A DNA stretch of 64,000 nucleotides, taken from the NCBI RefSeq assembly GCF_009914755.1, contig NC_060928.1. One strand, given 5' to 3'. This DNA is from the human T2T-CHM13v2.0 reference genome, Homo sapiens. This document shows positions 1-13,852 of the stretch, in pieces. The notes beneath the pieces were generated by a model. That model was given only the letters and a program-made list of their open reading frames with translations, was not told the origin of the DNA and did no database searches. Within the stretch, counting starts at the first letter, position 1. Each line of letters starts with the position of its first letter. The position numbers were made by a program, and so were the translations under genes.

Positions 1-97
1 ACATATATATATATGTGTATATATATATATGTGTGTGTTTGTATATATATATGTGTGTGTATATATATATGTATATATATATACACACACACACACA
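1..97. repeat. Compound (TA)n/(TG)n/(CA)n microsatellite
   Basis: Dinucleotide runs visible directly; they explain the spurious ORF 13..381. Confidence 0.95.
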
Positions 98-389
98 ATA
101 CTCTTCATTGCTATGTTTGGACTAGTGCAGCAGTCAGGATGACAGAAAGAAAAGCAGATGTACAAAAATGCAGAAAAATAAAGTGTGAAGTGTTTGTAGG
201 TGGAGAGATAGAATTCTTTGCTATTTGTATTGAATCCTTAATATATTCTAGTGCAGAAAGCATGAAGCATGGCTACCGGAAGCACACATGTCACACATCA
301 AAGGGAAGCTGCAGAAAACAGCAGCGTTGGTGCAATTACTCTTTCTTATATTTCCCCTCCCCACACTGCTGGGCCCACTAATTTGATTA

Positions 390-2360
390 TCTTTATTGTG
401 GGATAATTTGTATACTTCCCCCCCTTCTTTTAGATGCACAGTTCGATAAGTTTCAAAATATATATATATATATTCACTTATGTAATTGCCAGCCCAATCA
501 AGACATAAGTTTGATTCCATCACCCTAAAAAGTTACCTCATGCCCCTTTGCATTCAAAGTCCCCCATCTCCAATCTCAAGAAACCATAGATCTGCTTGCT
601 CTTAATCTCTTAATATAGACTAGTTGTGCTTGTTCGAATGCAGAAAGCCACAATAGGGTTTTCTTTTTTTTTTTTTTTTTTTTTTTTTTTGAGACAGAGT
701 CTCTCTCTGTCATCCAGGCTGGAGAGTGCAATGGTGCGATCTCAGCTCACTGCCACCTCTGCCTTCCGAGTTCAAGCGATTCCCCTGCCTCAGCCTCCTG
801 AGTAATTGGGATTACAGGCGCCTGCCACCACGTCATGATGATTTTTGTATTTTCAGTAGAGATGGGTTTTCGCTATGTTGCCAGGCTGGTCTCGAACTCC
901 TGACCTCAAGTGATCCACCCGCCTCAGCCTCCCAGAGTGCTGGGATTACAGGTGTGAGCTGCTGCGCCCAGGCGCCATATTAGTTTTGACTGTTTATATG
1001 AATAGTATCAGATAGTATACACTCTTTTGTGTCCGGACTCTTCAACAAAGCATTTTTGAGATTCATTCATGTTGTTATCAGTAATTTGTTCCTTTTTATT
1101 TCTGAGTGGTAGTCTATTTATAAATATACCACAATCTGTTTATCCAATCAAACCACACATTTGGGTTGTTTCCAATGGTTGGCTGTTATGAACAAAGCTA
1201 CTATGGAGATTCATGTGCATATACATATGCTTTGATTTCTTCTGGGTATATACTGAATAGTGAGATGGTAAATATACATTTAACTTTATAAGAAATTGTC
1301 AGATGGTTTTTCACCAGCAATGTTGCTTCTTACCTTCATTAATACTAGATATTGCCAGTCTATTAAATTTTATCCATTCTAAACTATAAGTGCAGTTATA
1401 TTTTATTTTGGTTTAAATTTGCATTGGTCTAAAGACTAAAGATGTTGCCTATCTTTTCATGAGTTTATTAGCCAATAAAGCATCCAAGTCTTTTGTCCAT
1501 TTTTTACTGGATGTTTGTTTGTCTTCTTGTTATTGAGTTGGAAGAATTCTTTATATATTCTGAATACAAGTGTTTTCTCATATATATGGATTGTGAACAT
1601 TTTCTCACAATCTGTGGCTTGTCTTTGCATTTTCTTAATAGTGCCTTTTAGAAAGGACAAGTTTTGATAAGGTCAAATCTATCAATTTTTCTTTTATGGT
1701 GTGTCCTTTCTATTCTATCTAAGAAATCTTTGCCTGTCCCCAAAGTTGTGAGGATTTTCTTTTGTGCTTTTTAATGTAAATTGTTTTCCGCCTTGTAGAA
1801 GCTTTGTAGTTATGGCTTTTTCACTTAGGTCTTACCCATTTTAAATGAATTTTAATGTGTGGTGTGAATTAAAAATTGAGTTTTTTTTTTTTGCGTATGG
1901 ATAGTTCGTTTTTTGCATATGGATAGTTAGTTTTTCAACACCATTTACTAAAAAGACTACTGTATTTCCATTTGTTTATTTTGGCATTTTCAGCAAAAAT
2001 TAATGGGCCGTATATGTTTGCATATTTCTAAACTCTTCATTGTCTTGTCTTCCACTGATGTGTATGTCTCTCTTTGTATCTCTGTCATACTGTCTTAGTT
2101 ACTGCAGCTTTCAAATAAGTTTTGAAATGAGGTAGTTTAAGTTCTTAAACTTTATTCTTTTTTTGTTTCAGAATAGTTTTGGCAATTCTATGTCATTTGG
2201 ATTTGCAAATTATTGAATTAACTTGTCAATCTTTACCAAAAATACTTGCTGGAAATTTGATTGGGTAGAATTGACATCTTAATAATATTGAGTCTTCCAA
2301 TCTATGAAAGTGACTCTCTATCAACTTAGCTCTTCCTTAATTTATCTCAGTTTTCTGTAA
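390..2360 (-). mobile_element. Old L1M-type LINE (3' end plus ORF2 remnants), interrupted by an Alu
   Basis: T-rich antisense L1-like sequence; minus ORF 1457..1660 (KKMQRQATDCEKMFTIHIYEKTLVFRIYKEFFQLNNKKTN) resembles L1 ORF2; boundaries approximate. Confidence 0.8.
659..972 (-). mobile_element. Alu (AluS-like), full length
   Basis: Poly-T followed by gagacagagtct...ctgggattacaggtgtgagc; dimeric Alu structure. Confidence 0.97.
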
Positions 2361-2394
2361 AAAAGTTCAAATTTGAATATGGACAATTCTGCAT

Positions 2395-2401
2395 ACACAC
2401 A

Positions 2402-2435
<34 letters not shown>
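2395..2435. repeat. (CA)n microsatellite
   Basis: Direct observation. Confidence 0.95.
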
Positions 2436-2439
<4 letters not shown>

Positions 2440-2925
2440 TCAGGCCAGGCAAAACATGTTCATGCCCTGAATTTGTAGAATGCTACCTATGGCCTTAAAT
2501 ATTTCAGTTGCATTGGTATGTTTTTTTCTGCGTCAAAAATTTTGGCATTCTTTTCTAGATCACTAATTGCCAAATAAAATCCTGACCTTGAGAAAGACTT
2601 AATTGTAACTAATTGTTGGTATCTTTTAAAACTTCTTTTGGCTTAGAGGTGAGTTTTCATTTCCTTTATCTAAATATTAATGAAGAAAAGATGTCAAAGA
2701 GAATCCTAACCCCTCTAGCCATTAGTTCCATAATTTTTACTTAAAATAGAATGTGTGAATGTGTGGAGAAAAAAAGTCCTCTAAAGGACTTTAGAGTTAT
2801 GCTGAAAAAGGACTAGAACTCTTTCTATTATTTTAGAATCTTTGTGAGGCTGACATTTGCTATTAAAGTAGCTTGTTACAGTTTCGTTATTTATAACCTT
2901 ATAATGTCATTATTTGTTATTACAT

Positions 2926-2941
2926 GCTGCCACCTAGTGAA
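2926..2941 (-). promoter_or_regulatory. Candidate CTCF motif
   Basis: gctgccacctagtgaa reads TTCACTAGGTGGCAGC on the minus strand, one mismatch to the CCASYAGRKGGCRS core, in non-repeat DNA. Confidence 0.4.
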
Positions 2942-4098
2942 ATTCATAGGCTTGACGATAAAGAAGCAGGAGAGCTGTGCCTGGGATCTCAGATTTGTGC
3001 TTTTTGTTTCTGAATTTTGATAAGTATCGGGATTTTCCCAAATTATGTAGCACTTTAGGGTGAAAACACTGGTATAGGTAAGATTTCCTAGGAAAAGCTC
3101 TCTATAATATCTATATGTTTAGTCTTTTTTCCTTAGGAGAAAGTTACTTTGTTAGATTTTTGGAGGACCAAGATAAAATTCAAAGGGATATTATGTATTA
3201 AACATGTTTTAGCCGTACTTACACCTGCTTTGTTTTGAAAATTGTCATTTTCCCCAGATATGTGAAAGTTTAGGAAAAAGGGGAATTTTCTGGAAAAAAA
3301 AAGTCATCATTAGTTTGATTTTTTTTAAAGAAAGTTGCTCCTGCTCTACCAGGCTGCAATCTAATAAATATTTCCTATTATTCATGGCTTTTCCTGCCAT
3401 TCCCCATCACCAAGCCTTCTTGTGCCTAATTCTGAGGATTTGTCTAATTTCTCAGTGAAGCACTTAGGATTTGAAATTCATAATATGTTAAAAACAAGAT
3501 CACTTACTACAATTAGATAGATTCATAGCATTTCCCTTAGCTAGCCATGACCTCAAACATTAAAAACATGTACCTCCCTTACTTTATAGAAGAAACATAC
3601 ACCCAGACAGGCCAAGTAGATTTACCCGGTCTCCGAGCTTCTTCATGGCAGAGCTGAGCTTAGGCTGAAGTGTCTTGATAGCCATCGAATGTGCTAGATG
3701 CTGGGATGTGCTCCTTGTCCTCGGTGAGAGAGCGGGATAAGACTTACCTGGTGTGGAGAGGAGCTGCAGTATGGTAGGAGGAGCAGGATTAGCTGCTCAG
3801 AACAGGGCACTTCTGCTTAGCAGCATCTGCAGATGTCAGCAGCCCATGAAGAAGGGCTCATCAGCAAAGTCTTGGCTCCCCTGTCCCTGCCCAGCACATG
3901 CAGGGCAAGGAGAGACAAGACAGAGCTTACAGGGCATGCTTCTGCTTTCTCTCGCTGAGGGCTGGCCTAAGCAAAGGGGTCCTGAGCTTGCAGGCTGGCA
4001 GCCCAAGCCATGCTCACTGCCTCCAGGAAATGAGTTTTCTATGCAAGCCCTCCTCCCCAAAAAGTTGTGATAGCAATATTAAAAGTAGCATTATTATT

Positions 4099-4468
<370 letters not shown>

Positions 4469-4539
4469 TTAGGGATAAGAGAGTGACTATATAACAATAA
4501 AATAAAAACAGGAAGTTAAAATAGTCTGACCCCACCTGC

Positions 4540-5485
4540 GGCTAAGAACATCGTCTTTCAAAAAGCTGAAGTAAATACCTAAAGAATTTCATGGGTATAT
4601 TCTTACTAAATATGGGAGAATTTATCATATGTTCTCAAAATTTGATAAAACAATTTGTTTAAGGATTTAGAAAATTTGAGCAATACAATAAGATGAACAT
4701 AATAGAGCCCTGATCCCATTAGTTAGAAAATACACATATTACTGAATGACACACAAAAAAATCTGAGCCACAAAAAAGTTATATTACCTAAAAATTAATA
4801 TGCTGTAGGCCCTGTTGTTTGACTGAAATGCAATTTAAACTAGCAATTGATACTAAAAACAATCCCCATAGTTTTGGAATTTAAAAAATTCATAGCTATC
4901 AATTAATAATGTATATCAAGAAGAAATTATAATAAAAATTACAAAATATTAAGAAGAGAATAACAACGAAACACTACATATAAAAGATAATGGGATTTAG
5001 CTATTGCAATACTTTAGATTTATGGCTTTAATACATTTATTAGACAAAAGAAGATATAAAATTACAAAAGAAATTATTTAGTCTGAGAAGTTAGGAAAAG
5101 AATGGCAGAGTAACCTTAAAGCAAGAGAAAAAGGGAATAATGAAAATAAAAGCAGAAATTAATTAAATGGGAGGCAAAAAAATAGACCATCAGTGAACAT
5201 TAAAACACTTCTTTGAAGAGGCTAACAAAACAGACAAACTTACAGCAATGATAATTGATATTAAGCATTTATTACTGGCAAATGATTATTAACATTAGGA
5301 ATGAAAAAGGAATCACAACCAGAGACAGAAGATATTACAGATATTTCCAACTTTATGCCAAAAAGTTTGCAAATAGTTCAGTAAGCTTGTAGAAAAACGT
5401 AGAGAACCAGAAATGATTTAAGAAAATATGGAAAATCTGAAAAGTCCTGTTAACACTAGAGAAATTGAATTTGTCTTCAAAAACA

Positions 5486-5522
<37 letters not shown>

Positions 5523-5760
5523 TCACTCACCTGGATCAGACAACTTTCAACACTAAGCCCATCAAATTGTGAAGAAAGATTCTTCACTAGCTTATGCAGA
5601 CTGTTCCAGTGACTAGAGAAAGACAAAGTTCTTAAGTTCATTTTATAAGGCTGATCTCCCCTTGAAAACAAAACAAGGACAATATGAGAAATGAAAACAG
5701 ATGAATCTTCCTTAAGAATATTTATTTGTAGAATTCAAAATAAAGCATTAATACATACAG
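4540..5760 (+). mobile_element. Degenerate old L1 ORF2 fragment containing a (CA)n run at about 5487-5519
   Basis: A-rich sequence with L1 ORF2-like motifs (aataaaagcagaaattaat, caactttatgcc); boundaries approximate. Confidence 0.65.
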
Positions 5761-5892
5761 TCAGCAATTTATATATGTGAACAAGATTTGGTAGTTGAGA
5801 AAGGAGAAATTATAAAAAATTGGGTGTTAATTTGAACTAGCTTAAGTTTAGCAACATTGCTGAAGAAATGGTCACTGAGACTGCCAAGATGG

Positions 5893-6665
5893 TGTTAGGA
5901 GCTCGGTGTCAAAATTGTGGCAGGAGACCTATACCAACCTGTTGTCACTGAAACCCACTGGGCTCTGCCTTGTAAGTGCTGCAGGTGTCTCCATGGAGCC
6001 TCATGCTGTGGGTCACTAATCCAGAAGGGCCTTGAGAATGGGCCTCCTCTATTGTTTTCCGCCCTCATTTCAGGGACTGTTTCCCTGCACAGGTAGGGAA
6101 TGACCTCCCTGGAGCCTGTGTCTTCGCAGGAGAGTCCCAACTGTAGCCGTGTTTCTGAACAGCCCTGGCTTTTATTGTAACAGGGAAACAGCAAACGAAC
6201 TAACATAACTAACTCCATTTTTATTTAAGGAGCATTTACCCATTCCTGCACCTAGGCTAGGATAATTTTAGAGCACTGAGATAATATGCAAAAACAGCAG
6301 TCACGGAGTTTCTGTAACTAACTCTGGAATTAGAGGGAAAGTAGGTAAACAATTAACTGTACTTTGTTAAAGATATACGGGTACACTGTGACCTGACTGA
6401 CGACAAAGAAGTTCCCAACCTCCTCCAACCCTCACTGGTGCTCAGATGTCTGCAGTCATTTGTCACCTCTTGATCACAACTCCCTCTTCTTCCCCCTGCC
6501 CTTAACATGAAAAGAACCTGAAATTTGTACCAAGTTAAGATGATACTTTAGGATGTTAGTCCACCATCTTCTTGGTTTGCTGATTCTCCAAATAAACCTG
6601 CTTTTCCTCCCACCAACCCTTGTCTCTGGAGTTTAGGCTTCCCAGCGGTGAGCAGCAGAACCACT
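5893..6665 (+). mobile_element. ERV1-class LTR remnant (MER4-group-like)
   Basis: LTR-like motifs (aactaactccatttt, gcactgagataa), AATAAA followed by cctgcttttcctcccaccaacc; subfamily not determined. Confidence 0.6.
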
Positions 6666-7779
6666 CATCTATTCCCAAGCCTCTTCTCACTCATTGAGCT
6701 GCACTTTGTGTCCATACTGGCTTCAGAGACAATCATCTGTCTCTGTCTCTGAGGCTGTAGGAACTGAAGCAGCTTTCATCTAAGAGCCTGACTGGTTTGG
6801 CTCAGAGGCCTCCTAAGGCAGCATCACTGGTGAGCCAGTATCCCTAAAAAGTAGTTACTACTGGAGGACTGTACCACTACTTGTGTTCACCATAGGACTT
6901 GGTCACTTGGACCATCTTTTGGGATCATAACAGGATCATCAATGCCTGCTTCTACTCAAACACTGTTTCTTTGATTCACACATACATTGAAATACACCTG
7001 TGCCTTGATGATATCTACCACCACTACCCCTCAACCAAGACATCTGTCAGCACTGGGGAGTCCTGAATAAAAAGCACAGCATCAGTTGGCACTGGGATGG
7101 GAGCCCATGGGCTTTTTGATTTCCTGCTCTTATTGGCAGTTGGGAGCTAAATTTTCTCACTCTCAATTATCTTCAAATCCTGAACAGTGCAGAGGGTTAA
7201 ACCTTACTTAATAAGGCATTGGTTGGACCTTCAGCTACCCCATAGATTCAGTTTGCTGGGAACTGATTCAAGTTAACATGTGTCAGGGGCTATGATGAAT
7301 GGACTGACTCTGGATACCTTTGGAGAGCTTAAGAAAGCACTACAGACAGGACTGGGGAGCAACCCACCCAAGCCTTGGCAAAGGACCAAGAGGCGGTGGT
7401 GGTAGTAGCAGCACTCACTGATCAAGACCTTTAGGAGAAGTGAGATGGGACATAGAGCCAAGAAAATTTTCTGGGACTGAGGTTTCCTTGGAAGCCATCT
7501 GATACCTTGTCAAGGCAGCTAAGGAGACTTAGAGTCTTTCCAGGCAAGCACTTGGAGTTGTTCCACAGGACTTGGTTTCCCCAAGCCAGTGAGGCTCACA
7601 GGGGCAAAGATTCATAGTTCCTCACCTCTGTGGTTACCTGCAGCACAAGGCTTGGGTGACCAGAAGGAAGAATGGTCACACACTGAGCCTACATATTCTA
7701 ATCATTATTTTCAATGGGATTTTGTAACTAAATCCCTTTTTTGCTGGAACAAGGGCAATCAAACCTATGTATGGCAGAT

Positions 7780-7960
7780 TCTAAATAAAATTCTAAAGGA
7801 GAAATTCTGACAAAAAAAACAACCCTTGAATAATGGCAACATCATGAGAATATTTGTAGCCCCAGGGTGACTACTTTGGATGCTATACAATTACCTGTAT
7901 ACGGATGTCAGGTAAGTTTATTGAATCATTATTTTTAAAATCTTATTTGCTTACTCACAG
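7780..7960. mobile_element. Ancient mariner relic (MARNA-like)
   Basis: aatggcaacatcatgagaatatttgtagccccagggtgactacttt resembles the recalled MARNA consensus. Confidence 0.5.
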
Positions 7961-7999
7961 AGCCTATTTTTTCAGAAGTCTTAATAATCACATTTTACA

Positions 8000-8215
8000 T
8001 GCTTACAAATGCTTGCTGGTGTCAGGCTCTGCTCTATGAATTCCACATGTACAGCTCATTCATTCTTGTAGCAGTCCCAGGAGGAATGGCTTCTTGCTTT
8101 CTCCATTTCACTTTTAAGCAATTTGCCCAAGGTTATACAACTATTCAGTGGAGGAAGTGAGGTTTAAACCCGCAAGGCCTGGCTCCGGAGCTTGGTTCTT
8201 AACCACTACCTCCAC
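8000..8215. mobile_element. MIR SINE
   Basis: Core motif ttaagcaatttgcccaaggttatacaact...ggtttaaacccgc...cttaaccactac. Confidence 0.7.
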
Positions 8216-9834
8216 TGCATCTGATTATGTCATCTACTCACAGGATATTTTCCAATTTAAAATGACCGCAAGCAATCCTTAGAAACAGCCCCAATTTGCC
8301 AGATAATCATGACTGTCTTCCCTCCTATCAGGGGAAGCCATGTGGATCTGGCTTAAATTTCTTAGGAGAGGTGTATCAGTTAGGGTTCCTCTTTGGAAAG
8401 CCACAAAAATGAACTCTGGCCAAGATCTTATAAAAGGGGAATTTGTTAGAGGGATGTATGGATTAGGTAATAAGAGGGAAACTGGAGAATCAAGCTTAAA
8501 AATAGGATGGGAGGAGCCACGAACATAAACTATGTCTACTGTGGAAGTATAAGCAACAGGAACTTCACAAAATTCAGGGCACTGCTGCTGGAGCAAAAAA
8601 ACCCCAATTCTTCTGAGCCTTGGGAGCCTTGGGAGCCTTGGAAGAATGAATATAAATGGCCAAGTTGGACCATGCACTTCCTAGGGACTGTACAGAATGG
8701 TGAGAGGAAGCTTCTTGGGGAAGGAGCCTCTGGGTATTTCAGAACAGAAGTAGAAAGTATTGGGACTTTAGTAGTGGGAGGGAAGAACTTCATGTTTTTC
8801 TACTGATATTGCACAGAATGGGGAAGAGGTAAGTATGAATGGGGAAGAGGAGGGAGTGAGCAGGAAACTGACTTGAAAACTATTACAATAGACCAAGTAG
8901 GTGGTCATGTAAGATTAAAACTTGGATAATAGAAGAAAGAATGAGAGGAAAAGTAGGATTTAAGAGGATGACTTAACAGCAGTTTTCTTTTTTCTTGTTC
9001 TCCCCTATTTTCGGAGTTCTCAACCATCATCTCCTGCCCCCAGGAGGCGACTCTGGGAATTAGAGGTTGTCTATTCCCATGTCTGAATTCTTGCCTAAAG
9101 GCCTTCAATTGCTGACCTCTTTTCTCAAATTTTCAATCTCATCTCAGTATCATTTTGCTTCCCAGTATTTTCGATACAAATCATTTTACTTATGATAGAA
9201 ACCGAAGCAAGTATGGTTTGTCTTTGTAATGTAAACGTAATTTCGGAAGTAGACCATTCCTCTTGATCATAAGCAAAGTCAAACCTAATATTAGTTTGGA
9301 TTTATATTACTGTTAATATTATTTACTCTCTGAAAACAGACTGCCCCCAATTAACATTGTGAATTGTCTGCCCTGTAATGACCAGATATTCCATTCTATT
9401 ACATTATTGAAATCATTTGCATGGTAATTATGGTTTAGCTCTATCGGTAATTGGAATTGTTTGCCTTCTGGTAATGTTGTACAATGGTGGCTCATTAATC
9501 ACATAGAAAACCTTGCCACGTGGCAGAATTAAGGAAGTATAATAATACACTCCCACTAAACTCGTGGTTCTAAACCAGCGTTTCAGTTTGTTCCATTACC
9601 TTTCCTGTGATGTAGGTTTTTGTTTGTTTGTTTGTTTAGTTTCTAAGCCACTCATGACAGAAAAACAATATAAACTGCAAATGTGAAAATGTGATTGTTC
9701 TAGGAAAATTTTATTTAAAAATTCCACAGCACGAATTACCCATCTCATCTTCCTCTTCTCTTCAATATTTCTCCTTCCTCCAATCTGATAAATGAAGCAA
9801 ATATCATAGGCTGCCAAGGGAATTGAGATATTTT

Positions 9835-9837
9835 TGT

Positions 9838-9872
<35 letters not shown>
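9835..9872. repeat. (TG)n microsatellite
   Basis: Direct observation. Confidence 0.95.
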
Positions 9873-9876
<4 letters not shown>

Positions 9877-11271
9877 ATTTAAGTAAACCAAATGTATAGG
9901 AAAAATCTGAGTTTGCATTAAAAACAAAACAAAGCAAACAACTGGGGACTTAACCTTTACTTTACAAAAGGATTCTTTTAAAAACGGTCTTTAAATCCCA
10001 AAGTGCCCCTGGTGCGGTGAAATTACTATTTAATCTCTAAAATTTATATTTTTTTCAGGAAGTTTAATAGAATCAAATGATCCAAAAATCCATATACACA
10101 CACACATGTGCATGCAATTAAAATATGGTCATCTTCTTGTCTGATGTGCTGGATCAGTGCCTGACATGTCAAATGCACTCAGAGATGATTTCTTCAATGG
10201 TGGTGATGGGGCATTCTGGCAGGTGATCGCCCCTCAGAGCCACATGTGTAAGTGAGGCAAGTGCCGTCTTTCCTTGGCGTCCTATACCTTCTTGGATGCA
10301 CCCTCCCCTTTCCCATTTTTAGGGATTTTTAGGGATGCACCCTTCCCTATTTCCCAGCCAGAGCCCAGAGAGGGGAAACAAGGACAGGCTGTCTCTTTGG
10401 CTGCTGGTCTACTCGCACTTCCACTATATCCCCTTGGGACCAGAAGTGAGGATGGGTTTCTCATTCTTGTCTTTTCCTCTCTCCCAGGACTCCTTCTGGT
10501 ATCCACAGTCTAGAGGAGGCAGGGACCGGGCATCTGACACCCCTACATAACATTCTCTTTTTTCTTAATTCAGCTCCATCATTAAGTTTTAATAATGGGA
10601 AGAGTGGATTACATGTGTTTCAGTTTTTTGATATATGAAATTTGGGCTGACTAAGTACTTAATCTGAAATGACATTGTTTTAAACTGGAAGAGTGTTGCA
10701 AATTTAGATTTTTTTCTACTATCCATTGGGTGTAGACAGGTATTAGGTGGAATAGTTATTTTTTTCTGCACATCTGAGTCCAGAGAACAAATTTGCATCT
10801 GTCACTACACAGGTCTAAGGGTTCATCTTGGGCATCTGCAGAAAGACTGGGTGAGTGTTTGAATGTGGGATCAGAGATGACTGTGAACTTGGGGCCCCTT
10901 CAATGAGCCCAGCCTTTGGGGGTACAGTTTTGGGCCATACTATAGCCTAGTTACTCAAACTAGGGATGCATAATGGAAAGAGAAAAGCTTTTGGAGTCAA
11001 ATACCTTCAGTTTTCTTTTTTTCTTGTTAGATAGGGACAATTATTCCTATCATAATAATTAAATGAGATAATATATGTAGGGCACACGGTATGGCACCTG
11101 GGACATGGTAAGTTCTCAATACGCATCAGCTGCTATCTTTCATGTTATTAATGGGCCTCGGGGCTTTTTGCAACATTGTCCGCATCAGAGCCATAGTCGT
11201 GTCGTCCTTGAGTAACACAACTTTTGCAGGAAGCCAACAGAAGGCTTTAGAGAGTTGCCAATTTTGGAAAG

Positions 11272-11659
11272 ATGCATTAGTCAGCTAGGTCTGCCATAAC
11301 AATATACCCCAGACTGGGTGGCTTAGACAATAGAAGTTTACTTTCTCATCGTTCTGGAGGCTGGAAGTTCAAGATTAAGGTACCAGAAGGGTTGGTTTCT
11401 GGTAAGGCCTCTCTTCCTGGCTTGCCATCTTTTCACTGTGTCTTCGCATGGTCTTTCTTCTGTGTGTGCTCATGGAGAGAGAGAGAGCACTCTGGTGTTT
11501 CTTCCTCTTCTTATGAGGACACTGGCCCTATCAGATTAGGGCAACATCCTTATGACCTCATTTAACTTTAATTACCCTATCTCGAAATACAGTCACATTG
11601 GAGGATGGGACTTCAACATATAAATTTTGGGCAAAGGGAACACAGTTCGGTCTGGAACA
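11272..11659 (-). mobile_element. MaLR solo LTR (MLT1A-like)
   Basis: tgccataacaatataccccagactgggtggctta...ttctggaggctggaagttcaagat...gtcacattgg...cttcaacatataaattttggg. Confidence 0.85.
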
Positions 11660-12246
11660 TAAGGCCTAATTGGACTTCCAGGTATATTTGCTTCTTGTTC
11701 AAAGCAGTGTGAGCTTGGATTTACAGTTATTTGCAGCTTAAATCCTTCTAGTAACCATAATTGTATCTAAGTGATACAACTATCACATCAAAGAGCTTTT
11801 ACCTGAGGATTCATGGAACTCCCTAAAATTGTATGCAAATTTTTGTATTCACGCCCATTTTCGGAGCTACCAGCAGATTATAAAGTGGACCCCAAAAGGG
11901 TAAAAGTCCAATTATTTAAAAGCACTATTTGGGCAAACAAATGGTCATAGTGGTTAAATTTAACCTTTGAGCATCCAAATTTTAACCACTGATGTTAACA
12001 TTTTTAGAAGTACTTTGGAACCAGGTAAAAACTCCTTAAATAAAAGTCACAGAATATGGCCTTATTAGTGAACCATTATAGAGTTTCTTTGTCTTAATCT
12101 TCTTATATCTTAATCTTGTATCCCACCATCTATCACAGTGTTTGACATATACTCTAGTATATGATCAATGAATAAATGAATGAAAGAGTAAATATATCAA
12201 TACTCAAGAGCCAAGATATTTTGTTTATTCCCTATCCCCAGTGCTG

Positions 12247-12595
12247 GGTTTTTTTTGTTTTGTTTTGTTTTGTTTTTCTGAGACAGAGTCTTACTCTGTT
12301 GCCCAGGCTGGAGTGCAGTGGCACAATCTTGGCTCACTGCAACCTCCGCTTCCCAGGCTCAAGTGATTCTCATGCCTCAGCTTCCTGAGTAGCAGAATTA
12401 TAAGCATGTGCTAATAATTATAGCAGAATTATAATAGTAGCAGAATTATAAGCACCTGGCTGATTTTTGTATTTTTAGTAGAGACATGGTTTTGCCATGT
12501 TTCCCAGGCTGGTCTTGAACTCCTGGCCTCAAGTGATCTGCCTGCCATGGCCTCCCAAAGTGTTGGGATTACAGGCATGAGCCACCATGGCCGGC
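12247..12595 (-). mobile_element. Alu with an internal micro-rearrangement
   Basis: T-rich tail, gagacagagtcttactctgttgcccaggctgg...gagccaccatggccggcc; three copies of tagcagaattataa inside. Confidence 0.95.
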
Positions 12596-13852
12596 CAGAA
12601 TAAAGACTTTAAATCAACAACCCACTGCTGTTTTTTGTTTGTTTGTTAGGGATTTCACAAAATAACAACATAACAATGACAATATAACTCCTTATACTTA
12701 CCTGCTACTTTACAGTTTACAAAGCACTTCTGGATAAAGTGTTTCTGTTAGGAGAGGTGGTTCCTGCAAGAAAAATTGGCAACATGATACCAGAAGAAAG
12801 GGAATAAACCATTAAGACTAAGATGTCACTGTAACCTGCAAAGTAGAGAGGTGGCAAGATTCCTGGTCTTTAATGACATCCCTGAGCCATCAAACTTTGC
12901 CTGCCCGTGGACTTCTGTGATTATTCTCTTCTTATTCAAAGCAGTTTGAAGCTGGGTCCTCAGTTTGGAGCTGCCCCTAAAGTCACCCTAAGTGATGCAA
13001 CTGTGTCATAACGGAGACTTTGCCTGGGGGGAACTTTTACCTGGGGTGAGTTACTAGAATAAGCAGGGAATGGATAATGGGCAGGTGGAAAGCTAGACTA
13101 TCTTCAGCACATAGTTGAGAAAGAAGTAGAAATGACACTAAAATTAATATCTTCTGACTCCAACCTGGAGTTCTTTCCACTATCACAGGAGGAGACAAAT
13201 TTTTACATGAAGTTTAAGACAGTAAATATTTTTGGTTTTGTAGGTCATGGGCTTCTGTCATGACTATTCAACTCTGCTGTTTAGTGGAAGCACCCATGGT
13301 GGTATGCCAATGAATGGTGTGCTCTAATCCCCACTTATCTTAATGGTACTGGTGAGGGACATGGTACTGCTGAGGGACAGTGGTGGTGCTGGTGAGGAAC
13401 AATGACCTCAAAACAAAATCAATCTCAGTCCAAATCTGACCGAAGTAGGGGCACCTCTCCACCACCAATATGTCACAAAATGTTAGTAGTTACATAAAAA
13501 GACATCCTCCATACACCACCTTCTCCAACGAGTCTCTCTCCTCTCCACTTTCCACTAACCTTAGGAGAACTAGACTCAAAAGAGGAAAGGGATGGATGTT
13601 CGTGTGTCGGGAATTACACACCTCTCCTTCTCCTTTAAGGGGTCTGAGACTGATTAGGAAAGAGTCCCCAACTTCTATCCTAATTCTTTATGCCACCAAA
13701 ACAGCCTGAGGTTGGCAGTGTTGAGGAGGGAACAGAGAGAAGATGAGATTTAAATCATATTTAAGTCTCAAGTTTTAAACTGGTCTGGACTTTTAATTGC
13801 AGGATATGTCTGGAAAGTTATAGCACCTGCCCAAGATGTCCCTCAAACATGT

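Noticed and set aside
726-983. Alu-derived ORFs (also 4163, 34201, 43962, 44518, 50484, 56812 and others)
   Set aside because: Typical antisense Alu translations (for example [19 protein letters not shown]), not genes
8279-8806. Overlapping ORFs with EPWEPWEPW / LPRLPRLPR
   Set aside because: Caused by a tiny gagccttgg triplication within an old LTR-like remnant; no splice or homology support
10001-10016. Possible second CTCF motif (agtgcccctggtgc)
   Set aside because: One base short in the C-run, so the core spacing does not fit
13340-13850. Possible ancient Gypsy-type LTR flanking the THE1D element, with a short ggtactggtgagggaca repeat
   Set aside because: The resemblance to a recalled consensus is too weak to assign a family or boundaries without RepeatMasker
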